Counted from the stretch's first letter, positions 38,860 through 50,992 are shown. The stretch: 64,000 bases of DNA from Obrimoposthia wandeli (GCA_977020255.1 CDROCS010003621.1:434001-498000), one strand, 5' to 3'. Notes: a model not told the origin generated them from the sequence alone. Program-made: numbers and translations.

Positions 38860-39189
38860 TTATGAACGTGTCGCAGCTATAATACTACTGATAATTGAAG
38901 CAACAACTGGAATAACAGCCCCTATGAAACCACCATTCTGTTTAAGAATAATATTTCGTTTCCTTTTTTTACTTTTTACATTAGCAATATCTAGAAGAGT
39001 TTTTCTATATTTCTTTAATATATTTTTCCGATTTCCAACTTTTACTCGACCCAAAACTATATTATATAAAACTTCCAATAAATCATCTACAACAAAGGAT
39101 GGGAATGCTTTAAGAATAATCATTCTCTTATTAGAAGAGGCTTTGACTAAAGCTTTAAAATAGGGCATGCTTCTTTGTATTTTCTTCAT
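38860..39189 (-). CDS. Conserved Polinton protein with QNGGF site and hydrophobic/amphipathic C-terminal tail
   Basis: ...EVLYNIVLG...KQNGGFIGAVIPVVASIISSII. Confidence 0.75.
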   Translation of the reverse strand: MKKIQRSMPYFKALVKASSNKRMIILKAFPSFVVDDLLEVLYNIVLGRVKVGNRKNILKKYRKTLLDIANVKSKKRKRNIILKQNGGFIGAVIPVVASIISSIIAATRS

Positions 39190-39220
39190 TTTAATAAAAA
39201 GGGTTTAATTTAAATATTGT

Positions 39221-39361
39221 TTATATTCGAAGCCATTTAAGTTTTTTTTTATTTTTCACTACAGATTTGATTAATTTTTTCACTTCTTTTTTCTTAATGA
39301 TTCTTTTTTTTGATTTCTTAGATTTTACTTTACGTTTTACTATCAACTTTGTAAAAGGCAT
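39221..39361 (-). CDS. 46-aa lysine-rich microprotein (putative DNA-condensing core protein)
   Basis: MPFTKLIVKRKVKSKKSKKRIIKKKEVKKLIKSVVKNKKKLKWLRI*; starts 8 nt after the ATPase stop; below the ORF-track cutoff. Confidence 0.6.
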   Translation of the reverse strand: MPFTKLIVKRKVKSKKSKKRIIKKKEVKKLIKSVVKNKKKLKWLRI

Positions 39362-39368
39362 TGCGAAT

Positions 39369-40003
39369 TTATTTTTTATAATTGTTCTCTATTTGTTTAT
39401 AAACAGTTACTCCCTTAGAATTAAATATGTCTGTTAAAACACGTAAATCATCTGGGCAAGCTTGTGTAAAGTCAATAAATATATACCCATGTGCTTGTTT
39501 AGCAGCATCATGGAATGAATCAACTAGAAAGTTCTTATTTTGAGGAAATGCCTGTCTGGCCACAAAATCAACAACTGTTTGATCTCTAGGATTTTTAAAT
39601 AAAACTAAGTAATGTACATTAAGATTTCTTGTTCTATGGTGACCTCCTTGGTGAAACAGATTTTGAGTGATAAATATAACTGTAACTTCACGATGTCTTG
39701 CAATCTTTGTAAATAAATTATTAAAGTCCGATTCCTTGTTAGCCTCCTCATACAAATCATCAATTATTATTACATCTTCTTTTTTCAATCTTTCACACCA
39801 ATTTGCATCAAATCCTTCAATAAATTTTATACCCTTCAACTTGCAAACTTCTGTTTTGGTTAACCCGCTTTCCCTCCTCCACCATGATGCCAATATATTT
39901 TTGAAACTAGATTTGTTCATTGCAACAATTTACAGACGAAATGTGTCTTTCCACTTCCACTTGGGCCAACTATTTGAAATACAGCATTATTATTTAGCTC
40001 CAT
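39369..40003 (-). pseudogene. A32/FtsK-like packaging ATPase, frameshift near 39920
   Basis: MELNNNAVFQIVGPSGSGKT (Walker A), VIIIDDL (Walker B), ARHREVTVIFITQNLF, NVHYLVLFKNPRD. Confidence 0.95.
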
Positions 40004-40040
40004 TGCATATACTCTTTCATTTTTAATATTGTTTATATTA

Positions 40041-40843
40041 TCATTGAAGTTTCCTTATTGAAATGTACAATGTTAGAGCTATTGTAGATGAAATACAAAA
40101 ATTAATTAATGAATATTTGGCTATAATTTTATTTATTTGTGTACGATTTCTAAATTCTCGAATAACGTGTGATCTAACCAATATTTCAATGTTATCTCTT
40201 GTTATATCATTATTTTTTAATTCTGATAAAATTTCTTTACCCCTAATTTTTCCAGAAAATATTTCATCGGCAAGCCGATCCACTTCATTGTCTCTATTTA
40301 TAGTATTATTCATTTGAAACAATAAGTTTAAACGGGTTTGTTTATAGAAAAAAGATAACAAGATGTAATAAGATATATTTTCTAAAATCAAATCAACTAT
40401 GTCTGGATAATCAAAATTTTTCAATCCCAATATCATAACTTTACCACTGGAAAATATATTTACACATAGCGGTTTAAACTTCAAATAACTGAGAGCAGGA
40501 AAAATTTCTGGTTCAAACATGCATTCTTCTTTCATTTTCTCTGCAGTTTTAAAAAGATTTATCTGTTTCCCGAGATTAGCCGAAATCGTGATTGATTGTA
40601 TTGCAGTGATTTGAATTCCAAATGGTAAATTGAACCTAAGCATTGGTATTTTGCATTCCATAACACGACAATTTCCTAAAGAATTCAATATGAAAATAAA
40701 ATAAAAAACTAACCTGTAGGAAAAATAACAACTGTGAAATTGTCAAACTTTTCTACATATTGTCTCGGCTTCCATTCATTGAATGGTAAGTACGAAACAT
40801 CATCTTCTGTTCTACCTTTATAATTTATATTTACGAGTTTCAT
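40041..40843 (-). CDS. TATA-binding-protein-like protein; complement join(40041-40675,40714-40843); C-terminal extension with hydrophobic tail
   Basis: After removing a 38-nt GT-AG intron: MKLVNINYKG...TVVIFPTGNCRVM...IQSITISANLGKQINL...MFEPEIFPALSY...VNIFSSGKVMILGLK, i.e. two TBP repeats. Confidence 0.85.
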
Positions 40844-40859
40844 TAGACTGAAATTGTAT

Positions 40860-41030
40860 TCTGTAAAATTTTCTTTTTATATGTCTGAACCTGCTTTTTT
40901 ATTGCACGTTTCTTGTAATTATCTTGCAAACCTATTATAATTGGATGATATATTTAGTCCAATCAAATTCAATGCTTTTGTTATATTAACCAATGAGATT
41001 CATGTTTTTGTTAGAAATTAGTATAAAAGA
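40860..41030. promoter_or_regulatory. Divergent CCAAT/TATA promoter region between the TBP-like gene and the right-end genes
   Basis: Minus TATAAAA at 40875-40881; plus TATAAAA at 41022-41028; CCAAT/ATTGG at 40940, 40959 and 40990. Confidence 0.5.
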
Positions 41031-41059
41031 ATGCATCATTGGAGGACAAATCACAGTAA

Positions 41060-41536
41060 ATGCATTCATATCAAAGACAATTATCAACAATGGACGATAG
41101 CCAACGGGTATTAAGCGATGACGAAGAAATGTTTGAAGAATCGGATAAGGATATGTATGAAGAAGTGAAACAATATTTCAAATACAAAGTCAGATTCTTG
41201 AAGAAGGCTCAACTGATTGCTTTAGTAAATCCTGTGACAATTGAAAGAAGAAAGTTCAGCTACTATCTATCAGGTATTCAAAAACCTGATTTTCAATATC
41301 TTAAACAGAAAATAGAAAAGGCAGTTCCGAATTTTACTTTCAATAAGAACGAATTTTATATCCGAGGAGCCGATGAAGCATTTCTAGATGACTATGGAAG
41401 ATATGTTGATATTGATGCGTTTCCGAAAAAGAAGCAATGGACTGTAACAATTCGACTTTATGGTTACAAGAAAGATGAAATGGGAACAAAGTTGCCTATG
41501 TGGAAAATTGAACGTGCTCATATTCCTATGTTTTAA
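41060..41536 (+). CDS. 158-aa hypothetical protein, paralog A
   Basis: Intact ATG ORF; aligns with 41660-42064. Confidence 0.8.
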   Translation: MHSYQRQLSTMDDSQRVLSDDEEMFEESDKDMYEEVKQYFKYKVRFLKKAQLIALVNPVTIERRKFSYYLSGIQKPDFQYLKQKIEKAVPNFTFNKNEFYIRGADEAFLDDYGRYVDIDAFPKKKQWTVTIRLYGYKKDEMGTKLPMWKIERAHIPMF

Positions 41537-41659
41537 CTTTTTGCGTGTAATAAATTGTAATCGGTTTTACTATGTTTCTTTCATTTAATAATCAGTTTTA
41601 TTTGTATCTTATGTGTATTTTTTATAAACATTGTTTTTAATCAGTTTCCTTATTTTAAA

Positions 41660-42064
41660 ATGGATAAAAGATATGTAGCAAATTTTTATTATCCAGAAAG
41701 AATTTCAAAAGGAAAACTGTGTAATATATTAAAGAGGCATCAAATTATACGAGTTATGAATCCTGTGAAAATATCAAAAGTGGAGAAAAAATATCTCATC
41801 GAAATTTTAACAACAACTGATTTTGATCAACTGAAAAATATTTTGGGATTTTACATTCCTGATTATGTATATGAAGGAAATTGTTTCGAGCTTGAAACTG
41901 ATCCCAGTCTGGATTTTAAAGATGATCTAGGATATTTGATTGCTCCAATTCTAGATGAAGAACTATGGAATATCTCAATACGTCTGAATGGATATTTTGC
42001 TGATGACGGGACAATGCAGCCTCTCTGGACTTTGAGTGAAGCCAATATGTTGTTTTATGTTTAA
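41660..42064 (+). CDS. 134-aa hypothetical protein, paralog B
   Basis: Intact ATG ORF; homolog also in the relic at 5270-5420. Confidence 0.8.
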   Translation: MDKRYVANFYYPERISKGKLCNILKRHQIIRVMNPVKISKVEKKYLIEILTTTDFDQLKNILGFYIPDYVYEGNCFELETDPSLDFKDDLGYLIAPILDEELWNISIRLNGYFADDGTMQPLWTLSEANMLFYV

Positions 42065-42133
42065 TAAATATTTTGAAAAATAATTTTGTCTCGTATTTTG
42101 TTTTTGCTCCTCTAAATTATATAGATCTGACCG

Positions 42134-42816
42134 ATGTTTTTCGTGCCTGTAGATTAAGAATGAAGCCCGCCCCGAAGGGGCGGGCAGAGNNNNNNNNNNN
42201 NNNNNNNNNNNNNNNNNNNNNNNNNNNNNNNNNNNNNNNNNNNNNNNNNNNNNNNNNNNNNNNNNNNNNNNNNNNNNNNNNNNNNNNNNNNNNNNNNNNN
42301 NNNNNNNNNNNNNNNNNNNNNNNNNNNNNNNNNNNNNNNNNNNNNNNNNNNNNNNNNNNNNNNNNNNNNNNNNNNNNNNNNNNNNNNNNNNNNNNNNNNN
42401 NNNNNNNNNNNNNNNNNNNNNNNNNNNNNNNNNNNNNNNNNNNNNNNNNNNNNNNNNNNNNNNNNNNNNNNNNNNNNNNNNNNNNNNNNNNNNNNNNNNN
42501 NNNNNGTACATCGCCAAGCTAGTCTGTGACCTATATGAGAGCGAGATATCCGTACATCGGCAAGCTAGTCTGTGACCTATATGAGAACGATATATCCGTA
42601 CATCTGTGACCAATGTCGGTCCCGAGCCCTTCGCGCCGACAGGCGCGAAAAATGTGTAGGGGGGTACCCTCCCCCGTTGTCCTTTAAAACCGTGCATGTG
42701 TGTGGAGTGAAATTTCACTCCACACACCTACACGAAATTTCACTCCACACACATGCACGGTTTTAAAGGACAAGGGGGGAGGGGGATGTGGATTAGACCG
42801 GACACATCCACCTACT
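42134..42816 (-). repeat. Right TIR (contains assembly gap 42190-42505)
   Basis: Inverted copy of the left TIR; the gap falls where the CACCA microsatellite is expected. Confidence 0.95.
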
Positions 42817-44660
42817 ACACAGTAATAGGAAATTAAGAAAGAAACAGCTGGTGTCTATCGAGCAGGTGCAGAAAACGTACAATATGTGAGAAACAATTGC
42901 AAAACAGTAGATACAAAAGAAGCACAGAAGATGCCCTAAAAACACCAAAGTCAAATGTGTCCCTATTTTTCTATTCATCAAATTTGTCAACAGACAACTT
43001 TACAGTAATTTACGCTACAGATAATGAAAGTCACTACTTTGTCTCAGATGAAACTATTGCTCGGAGATGGCCGGCGAAAATTAGAAGTATTCTACTTATT
43101 TTGTTAGACCAACAGGATGATTTACAGAAGGTCACCATTAATTTATTTAGTGATTTCTTTGGAAGTCCAAATCGGGTTTCAGGGTAATTCTAATGGGTTT
43201 TTGAATTTTGAAGCCAATAGCATCAGAGACATTAATCATTTATTTTTCGAATCAGGTCACCATCAAAGTGAGAATGACAATCTACATGCTGTGATCGAGA
43301 ATGCAGCAAAATTGTTGAAATATTTACTTCCCTACAGTTGTTAAGCAGATTTTTAGTGCTTCAAAAAATAAGGTAGTTGAATTGAACTAAATAAAATCCC
43401 AAGACATCATTAGAAAAAAACGAAGAGACAAGTCAGAATCTTCAAAGTACAGATAATGAATTATATAATTGATTGTGTCTTAGCTAGTGAGTCACGTTTG
43501 GTTAAACACTGAGAACAAGATGCCGAAATGAAGAGAGTCAAGAAAATGGATTTGAACTAACTGTACAAAGATCGGATTATGATTTCAAAAGCTAATAAGA
43601 AAATCTTGAGACACTTTGCAAAGCTGACAATACCCAGAAACTACTCAAAAGGTTACAAAGAATTGTTGGAACATGTGAAAGTTGAAGATAATGTGGACTA
43701 AGTAGTACTAAAATTATGTACATAATCTAATTTATCATGTACATCGCAGTATATCCAACTTAACTTTTCCTTAATTATTGTAATAATAATAATGTCAGTA
43801 TATAGATATGTAGGTTTTGGTACAGTAATCCCATATAAAATGCAGAGTTCCCACCATTTTTAATGGTTTATATTGTTCCAGCTTTTCAGGTTTCCACAAT
43901 TGTACACTGTTCATTTTTGCACACTGTTTCTTATTTATGTTGAGTCAGTAGTCACCTGAGGCTTAATTAACTCTTAATTAAGTATCCATTTTGTTTTTTT
44001 GAGCAATTAACTTTCTATATTGTCCCCTTTTTTATTTATTTTAACTGTAATTTAAACTTTCAGGGTCACAAAATGTCCTTGGCCCAGACTATAAATAAAG
44101 CCAATTAAATTGAAATATATGTGATTTTAATTCGTCCGATTCTGGACCTCAACATGTCTGATAATCCAATTTTCAAATTCGAAATTATTTTTTGAAAAAT
44201 CAAAATATGAAATATAAATCAATCCTTACTTTCGCCTTTATGATACATCCACACACATGGAATTGATACCAAAGAAAGTGTATGCTCAATACACGCTTAA
44301 ATACACTTCAAACATTCAATCAGATGAACATTATGACGCAATAATGTTCCAAAGATACAAACTAATCCTATAGAAATTCCTTAGAATAAAAAAGGATAAA
44401 TAATGGGTGAAAATAATGCACATACAGACATGGGAACTTGAAAAGCTGGAAAATTAGAAGCAATGGAATTCGTGAGGACTATGCATACCTGGTGGAGTTC
44501 CCGATCAATCTACCAATTTAAGTTCATATTTTCCTTAAAAAACACGTTTAGACATTTTTCTATCTTTCAATTTTTATGTTTGTATTTATAATCATTTATA
44601 TATATATATATATGTTATATCTACATTTGGTATTTAAATTAAAATGATTTGTTTTAAGTT

Positions 44661-44851
44661 AACTGAAGGAATATCAAACCTTAACATTTTGTTTTCTCAA
44701 AAATTTCTTTTTGAAGTTGGCAATTCATATTATTAGCGAGGATATAATGTTTAAAAACTGAAGGAATATCAAACCTTAAAATTTTGTTTTCTCAAAAATT
44801 TCTTTTTGAAGTTGGCAATTCATATTATTAGCGAGGATATAATGTTTAAAA
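44661..44851. repeat. Tandem duplication, 95-bp unit x2
   Basis: aactgaaggaatatcaaacc starts at 44661 and 44756. Confidence 0.9.
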
Positions 44852-47800
44852 TGTTGTCAACAGATTAAATATAATTTTATTTGATATTCATACATGACAT
44901 AGATAGATAAAGCTTTTATTAATATAAAGCTATGGTTACATAGCAATTCATTATAGTTATTTACATATCTAGAACTTTTCGCCATTAAATTACTACATAA
45001 CCAAGTTAAACATAGTTTATTCTACCACCCGACAGGTGAGGGTGTTAGTATCGTATAATTATGTTTATAATGTAATTAATACGTGAATTCTACAGTGTTG
45101 TGTATTCAACTTTATACCATATTGACTAGAACTGCAAGAAATAATAAAATTAAATAAAAAGTATAATTTATATAACTTTATATAATCAATTTTATAATGA
45201 ATTTATTTTCAACATTTATGGCTAACGATGCAAGAGGAAATAGCTCCCGCAGAAGAAACAACCGATATTGTTAAATAAGGAACGCTTACGAAATGAAAGC
45301 ATTCATTTAAAGCTGTAAATCATCATATATTTACTGCAAATAGATTGACAGATTTCCGCATCGGTGAGACAATCTGAGAAATGAGTTGATTAGCAGTATA
45401 CTATATTCGAATACTTTTCAAGTGGTGTAGGATCTCAAAATTGCTACGGATACTGCTACAAAGATTATATACATTAAAAAACTGCACAAACGTTATTCTG
45501 AATATTTAGATATGACAATAATTCCGTTTAATGTGGGGATTTATACTTCATCATGGATTTTAAATTATATCCAATATAATAATATTCTAATATGGCACAA
45601 TGCGGATTAGGAAATAGAATATTAATATATGTCTCATCGACAATTTTCTTCTCCTCGACAACCTATTAGATTAAGATTTTTTACTGATAAATTAATAGTT
45701 ATATAAAAGATTTATTATACCCAAATATAAGTTCAATTTGAAATCACTTTACATCAAGGACAAATGATCGATCCTCCAGACCGGGACACATGTGTAATAA
45801 ATTTGACCATCCGTGTTGGGATTGAAGGGTCGGGGAACGCACACCCGTACTCCATCGGCTCGAGAGATTGACCAAATCCTACTGCTAACTGCTGTTGACT
45901 ACAAACCACTACAAATGTATCCTCCACGCTATGAGATAAAGCATTTCTGTTATATGGTGAGACAACTTGTCAGTGTGTATGTAAAGAACGCGCGCACTCG
46001 AGGATGAATTATAATATGTGAGTGCGTGTTGCTTATGTATTCGAAGCTTAATACATTTGCGTTACTTTGTGTGAGTAATCGTCTACAGCTTATTATAGTA
46101 ACTGTCTGGTATATTTTCTCTTAAACACCAATCGCAGATGAAATTGATTTCTTACTTCTATGACCTAATACTCTTGTTCTGCATCACCATTCTCTTAACT
46201 CTCTCTCGTGATGTTTCTAAATAATGTTCACCCCGCTTAACTCGATGTAGAAGAGATCTATGAAAGAAAATTGAGTTAACCAATAATCGAGTTTAGCGGG
46301 AATTCTATATGTATAGTAAAATAAGAGACAACACGACTTATTGATATCTTTCGTCTTTTGCTTTAATATTTGTCGGTTTCTTTAAACACTTTTTGTTTAC
46401 ATCGAATGAAACCGTTATAGGAGAGCTTCATCTATTTGTGTATATTTAATTTTTTGTTAAAGAATTATGAATCGAAGATGAATTCAATGTTTAACAAATA
46501 ATCGTTTTTGGATTTTATTAAGAAATTACTAAGTTTTTAAATTTAAAAACAAATTGAAATTGAAAAATTGAAGCAAAAGTATTAAATTATCGAATTTAGT
46601 GATTAAAGAATTTAATAATCATTAACATAACGATATATCAAGTTAGACGATATCGAGTTATTCCATTTTTTCTTTAAATAATAAAAGTATAACTCAATCT
46701 CAACAAGTTCCTAAAATTAGCTTGAGAACCGAAATATCGAATTAATCCGAGAATACAACGTGATACATCGCATTCGATACCTCCACTTGAATACTTCATA
46801 ATTTGCTTAAATTGGCCAAATGCACAATACCACCGGCCTATTCACTTTAAATTACTATAACGGATGTCAGGTTGCGTACTTTGTGTAACATAATTTCTGA
46901 ATTTAGTCCTAATCAGGGGCAAATTTTGTCTATGCGCCTGCATTACAAACATGTATATTATACAAAATTTTCTTAAGTGAATCTTTAAAGTAGAAAGCAG
47001 AAAATTTTGTCCGCTAAACAGTACCATTACCAAAATTATCTTAACTACTGATTTCCTATGTGAAAATTGTAGCAGAGATTAAACGTACTCTACTGACACA
47101 ACTAAATATTTCCGTACAGAATAATCAACGACCTCCTAAATATTCACATAAACATTTATTCTAACTTTTAATCGTTTTGTTTCGGTTTTCAGTAATAGAT
47201 GAAATAAACATTTTACAGCATTTTTAAATTTAGATTCGATCAATTTATTCCTTAATGTTCCCCAATTATATTACATTTATGGAATTTTTAATGTAATTCA
47301 TTTCACATTTTACAAAAACATATAGATTAAATTGAAAACTAATTTCAAATATATAAGTGTCTAAATAACTTATAAAAGCATAAAAACCTTTACGGAAAAT
47401 GATTATAGTTTATAAAACATTATTAATACAAAATTTAAATTAATACATGTTACAAAGAATTTTTTTTAAACAAATTTTATTTAATTATTTAATGATAATA
47501 AAATTTTCATACTTTTTTCAACTGCTTAATTTTTTAACACAACAATCTATAGTTTATCTATTGATTAAAATATATATTAAAAACACACCGACTAATTTTT
47601 TTTATTTTTACAATTACTATTATTCAATAAAACATTAAAAAGTCCCGCGAAAGAAGCATACAACTTTTAAAATGCATAAATCCCTAAATTATTCCATTTC
47701 CCCTTTACAGTTTTTTTAGCTCAGCAATATTACCATGTTTTCGTTTTTGTCGATAGATTTGCCGATATTTTCAAAAATCTGGGAGTTTACAGGCTAACGC

Positions 47801-48437
47801 TAAACTATTTACATTATTATTTGTATGGATTTTCACATTATCTTGGTGAAGGTTATTTTTATTTTTTCCAAAATATATGAAGAAAGACCTCTGTTAAAAA
47901 ATTCATACATTTTATACTTAATTTTCTATTAAACAAATGCAAAAGCACCTAAACATGAGTATGACATATTCCATTACAATAATTTTTCCAGTAACTATTT
48001 TTTCATAATATCTCTTTTAAGATAAGTCATTTTGCTTTTTAAAATAATTACTATTAATAAAGAAATATCATGACCAATTGTAAACAACTACCAGAAAATG
48101 AAAGGGACAAAATTGAAGCGACAAGAGGAATGAAACTAAATCGAATTTAGACAGTTATTTGTAATTATTTAAACGATAAACAGGTTATGGCTCAAAATTC
48201 AAAAGAAATCAACATAAAGAGACCAGAGACAATTACAAAGAGCTGCAAGCAATTCCTGCAAAGTACTTCGAAGTTGATGGAAGAATTAAATTTGAAAGTA
48301 TAAAGGTCAACCAAGTTTCTAAGATTAATTTAAAAAAAAAAATTTATTAGACTGGAATATCTTATCACAGGAAGCTTTACATCTCTAAAAACAAAAGACA
48401 AATAAAGTATTAAAAAATGAGCATACTTCAGAGATAA

Positions 48438-48774
48438 TGATTAGTTTAATTGATATTTGTTTACTAAATAAAAACATTAAAATCATGTTGAATAACTGTA
48501 CTTATTGTTCTTAGTAACAACGCCAACTCATAATATCATAAATGTATTTGCATAAACTAAATTCAGGATCAACAACAAATCATTAAAAAATCCCTAAACC
48601 ATTGATTAGTTTAATTGATATTTGTTTACTAAATAAAAACATTAAAATCATGTTGAATAACTGTACTTATTGTTCTTAGTAACAACGCCAACTCATAATA
48701 TCATAAATGTATTTGCATAAACTAAATTCAGGATCAACAACAAATCATTAAAAAATCCCTAAACCATTGATTAG
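48438..48774. repeat. Tandem duplication, 165-bp unit x2
   Basis: tgattagtttaattgatatttg starts at 48438 and 48603. Confidence 0.9.
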
Positions 48775-50992
48775 GCATTAATAATGTTAATTAAAATTAT
48801 TGCAAAGATACACACATACACACCGTCATATCATCACATTATTACTATTATTACCACAATTCACAAGGAAAAATTGTTTATTTCCCCACTTATGTCTAAT
48901 AAAGCACAAATCAGACTTATTAAAATCACTGAGTGTTGGTAAAAATAAAATCTTCTTGAATCTACGGGTAGATTGTTAAAAGTTTTTCTTAACTCTACAC
49001 GTCCATTTATGTTCATTCAGAATCTGATTCTGTTTACTAAAAGCCAATGGAAGTTCCTTGGATAATAATATACTTCAACATCGCCGAAACAGCAAAAATT
49101 ACTGCTATAAACTGCACTGAATCAAAATTCACTAACAATCAAAATCAAAGTTCAGCTTTTTAACACAAACTACAACATAACTGTAATTCACAAAATGTGT
49201 GGCTATTATATAGCTTACACACAATAATACGCTTTTGAAAGTGTAACAATTCAAATGGGTCTGAATTGGCAAAAATTCAAATATAATTTAAAATTTATTA
49301 ATTGCTAATTAAGCAAGCTGCTTAGTCAGCATTTGGTCATCAACAATGAGCTTTTTAAAATTTAAGATATTTAAAATTTAATGATAATCTAATTGACCCA
49401 ATATCTCCTTGCATTGCCATGTGGCAACTCCAAAATAATCTTTTTAAATTATATTTTTTTTAAATAAACATTTATTTTTTAGGTCATATGTCATTTTATT
49501 TAGGTAGATAACGCCTGAATCGTTCATTTTATAAGTAGGAATTTTTAAAATGTTCTTATTATCAATAACCATTCCCAGCAAAAATTATAAAGATCCGAAA
49601 AAAAAATTTAATCTAGGAGATAAAGGGTTAATTAGTAATTCAGATAGTTTCATGTTATTTATTCAAATTCTTCAAACTTTTAATTTTAAATTGCGGTATA
49701 ATTTATAAAGTTAATAAAATTTGAGATTATTCATGATTAAAATATTTTATAATCTTTATTACTTGAATCATTTCATCAGAAAAAACTTGTTAAAAAAATA
49801 TGATATAATTATTATAACTTTTTTTAATTTCGTTCTACATTAATTTTTAATATTTATAAAACATTTTATTTAATAATAATTAAATGGACAGTTTGTATTC
49901 TTAACTTCTACATTAATTTTCTGATTAATGAAATATTTGCATTATGAATAAGTGTACAATTTAATTATCTATCATATAATATTTAAAAAGTTGTTTTTTT
50001 ATCATTTTAACCTCAGGAATGTTCCACTGTAAAAAATTTTCATTGTTCATATATTTCAATTTGTAGATTTTATTTTTAATTTTAAATAAGATCAATTTTA
50101 AAGATCATTCAAAATAAGGCTCTATATAATATACAATGATAGGAAATGTTTCACATAATCATTCCAACATAGATTAAGAAAAGAAATTTGTAAAATAAAG
50201 TTAAATAAACAAAATATATTTTTATTTTAAGTGACCTTATTCAAATGAACTATACTGAAGTTAATTAAATACAAACTCATTTATTTTTTTTGTTATTCTA
50301 TCAAAATGGTTTTTATGGCAGCTCAGTGAAATAGGTATATAAATTTTGAAAATGGTAATGGGTTATTTAATAAATGAAATATTCTAATAGGAATAAATTG
50401 TAGCATTATAGTAAACTTTTTACTTGAATTTTGACAAATAAATTTAAAATTATTAAATGTTAAGATTTGTTACTTTGTGCAGTACATAATAAATGCCATC
50501 AAAATTAAATTATTAATAAAATTAATTATGATCTCAAAGATAATTATCTCATTCTTCAAAAATGAACTAATGGAATATAAAAGTGTGGACTTAAATCGTT
50601 AGTAATATGTCTTAGTTACATATCAAAACTGTCAGTTTGAGGCTTAAAGTCTCTAAGTGTGATAGGGGAGTTAATAGGTTTTTTTCATCAAGCCATAATT
50701 CAGCATATATCTGAATCTAATTTTTTATGAAATGCATCCAAATAATTTTAAAGAAATTCTGAGTGTTTAAAACGTTCTATAATCCTTCTGAAACCGCACT
50801 TATGTCAAGGTAATCAACTGGTATTGATAATTTCACTATACACTAATAGATCGGCGTCATCGAAGAATGAATTGGAGTGAACAGAGTATGTAAATCTATT
50901 GCGGTGAAGGTGACATAGTATGAAAATATTATCTACAAAGAGAGAGAGAGCAGTGAGAGGTCAGAGAGTAGTCACCGAGGTCACGACGAAGG

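Larger units (their letters stand above)
27120..42816. mobile_element. Polinton/Maverick, full-length termini, 15697 bp
   Basis: acacag|AGTAGGTGGATG ... CATCCACCTACT|acacag (6-bp TSD at 27114-27119 and 42817-42822); long TIRs; pPolB, integrase, ATPase, minor and major capsid genes. Confidence 0.98.
26300..43600 (+). mobile_element. Degenerate DDE-like DNA transposon split by the Polinton (arms about 26300-27119 and 42817-43600); superfamily uncertain
   Basis: Left arm VQFCKTFFLNTL and SF.RLKEDRYEVC; right arm LKTPKS...FFYSSNLSTDNFT...ETIARR and FESGHHQSENDNLHAVIE. The motif order continues across the TSD. Confidence 0.55.

Noticed and set aside
41975-42727. 250-aa and 149-aa ORFs
   Set aside because: Artefacts of reading through the N gap.
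45780-46260. GC-richer block as a solo LTR
   Set aside because: TG...CA ends and a TSD could not be identified.
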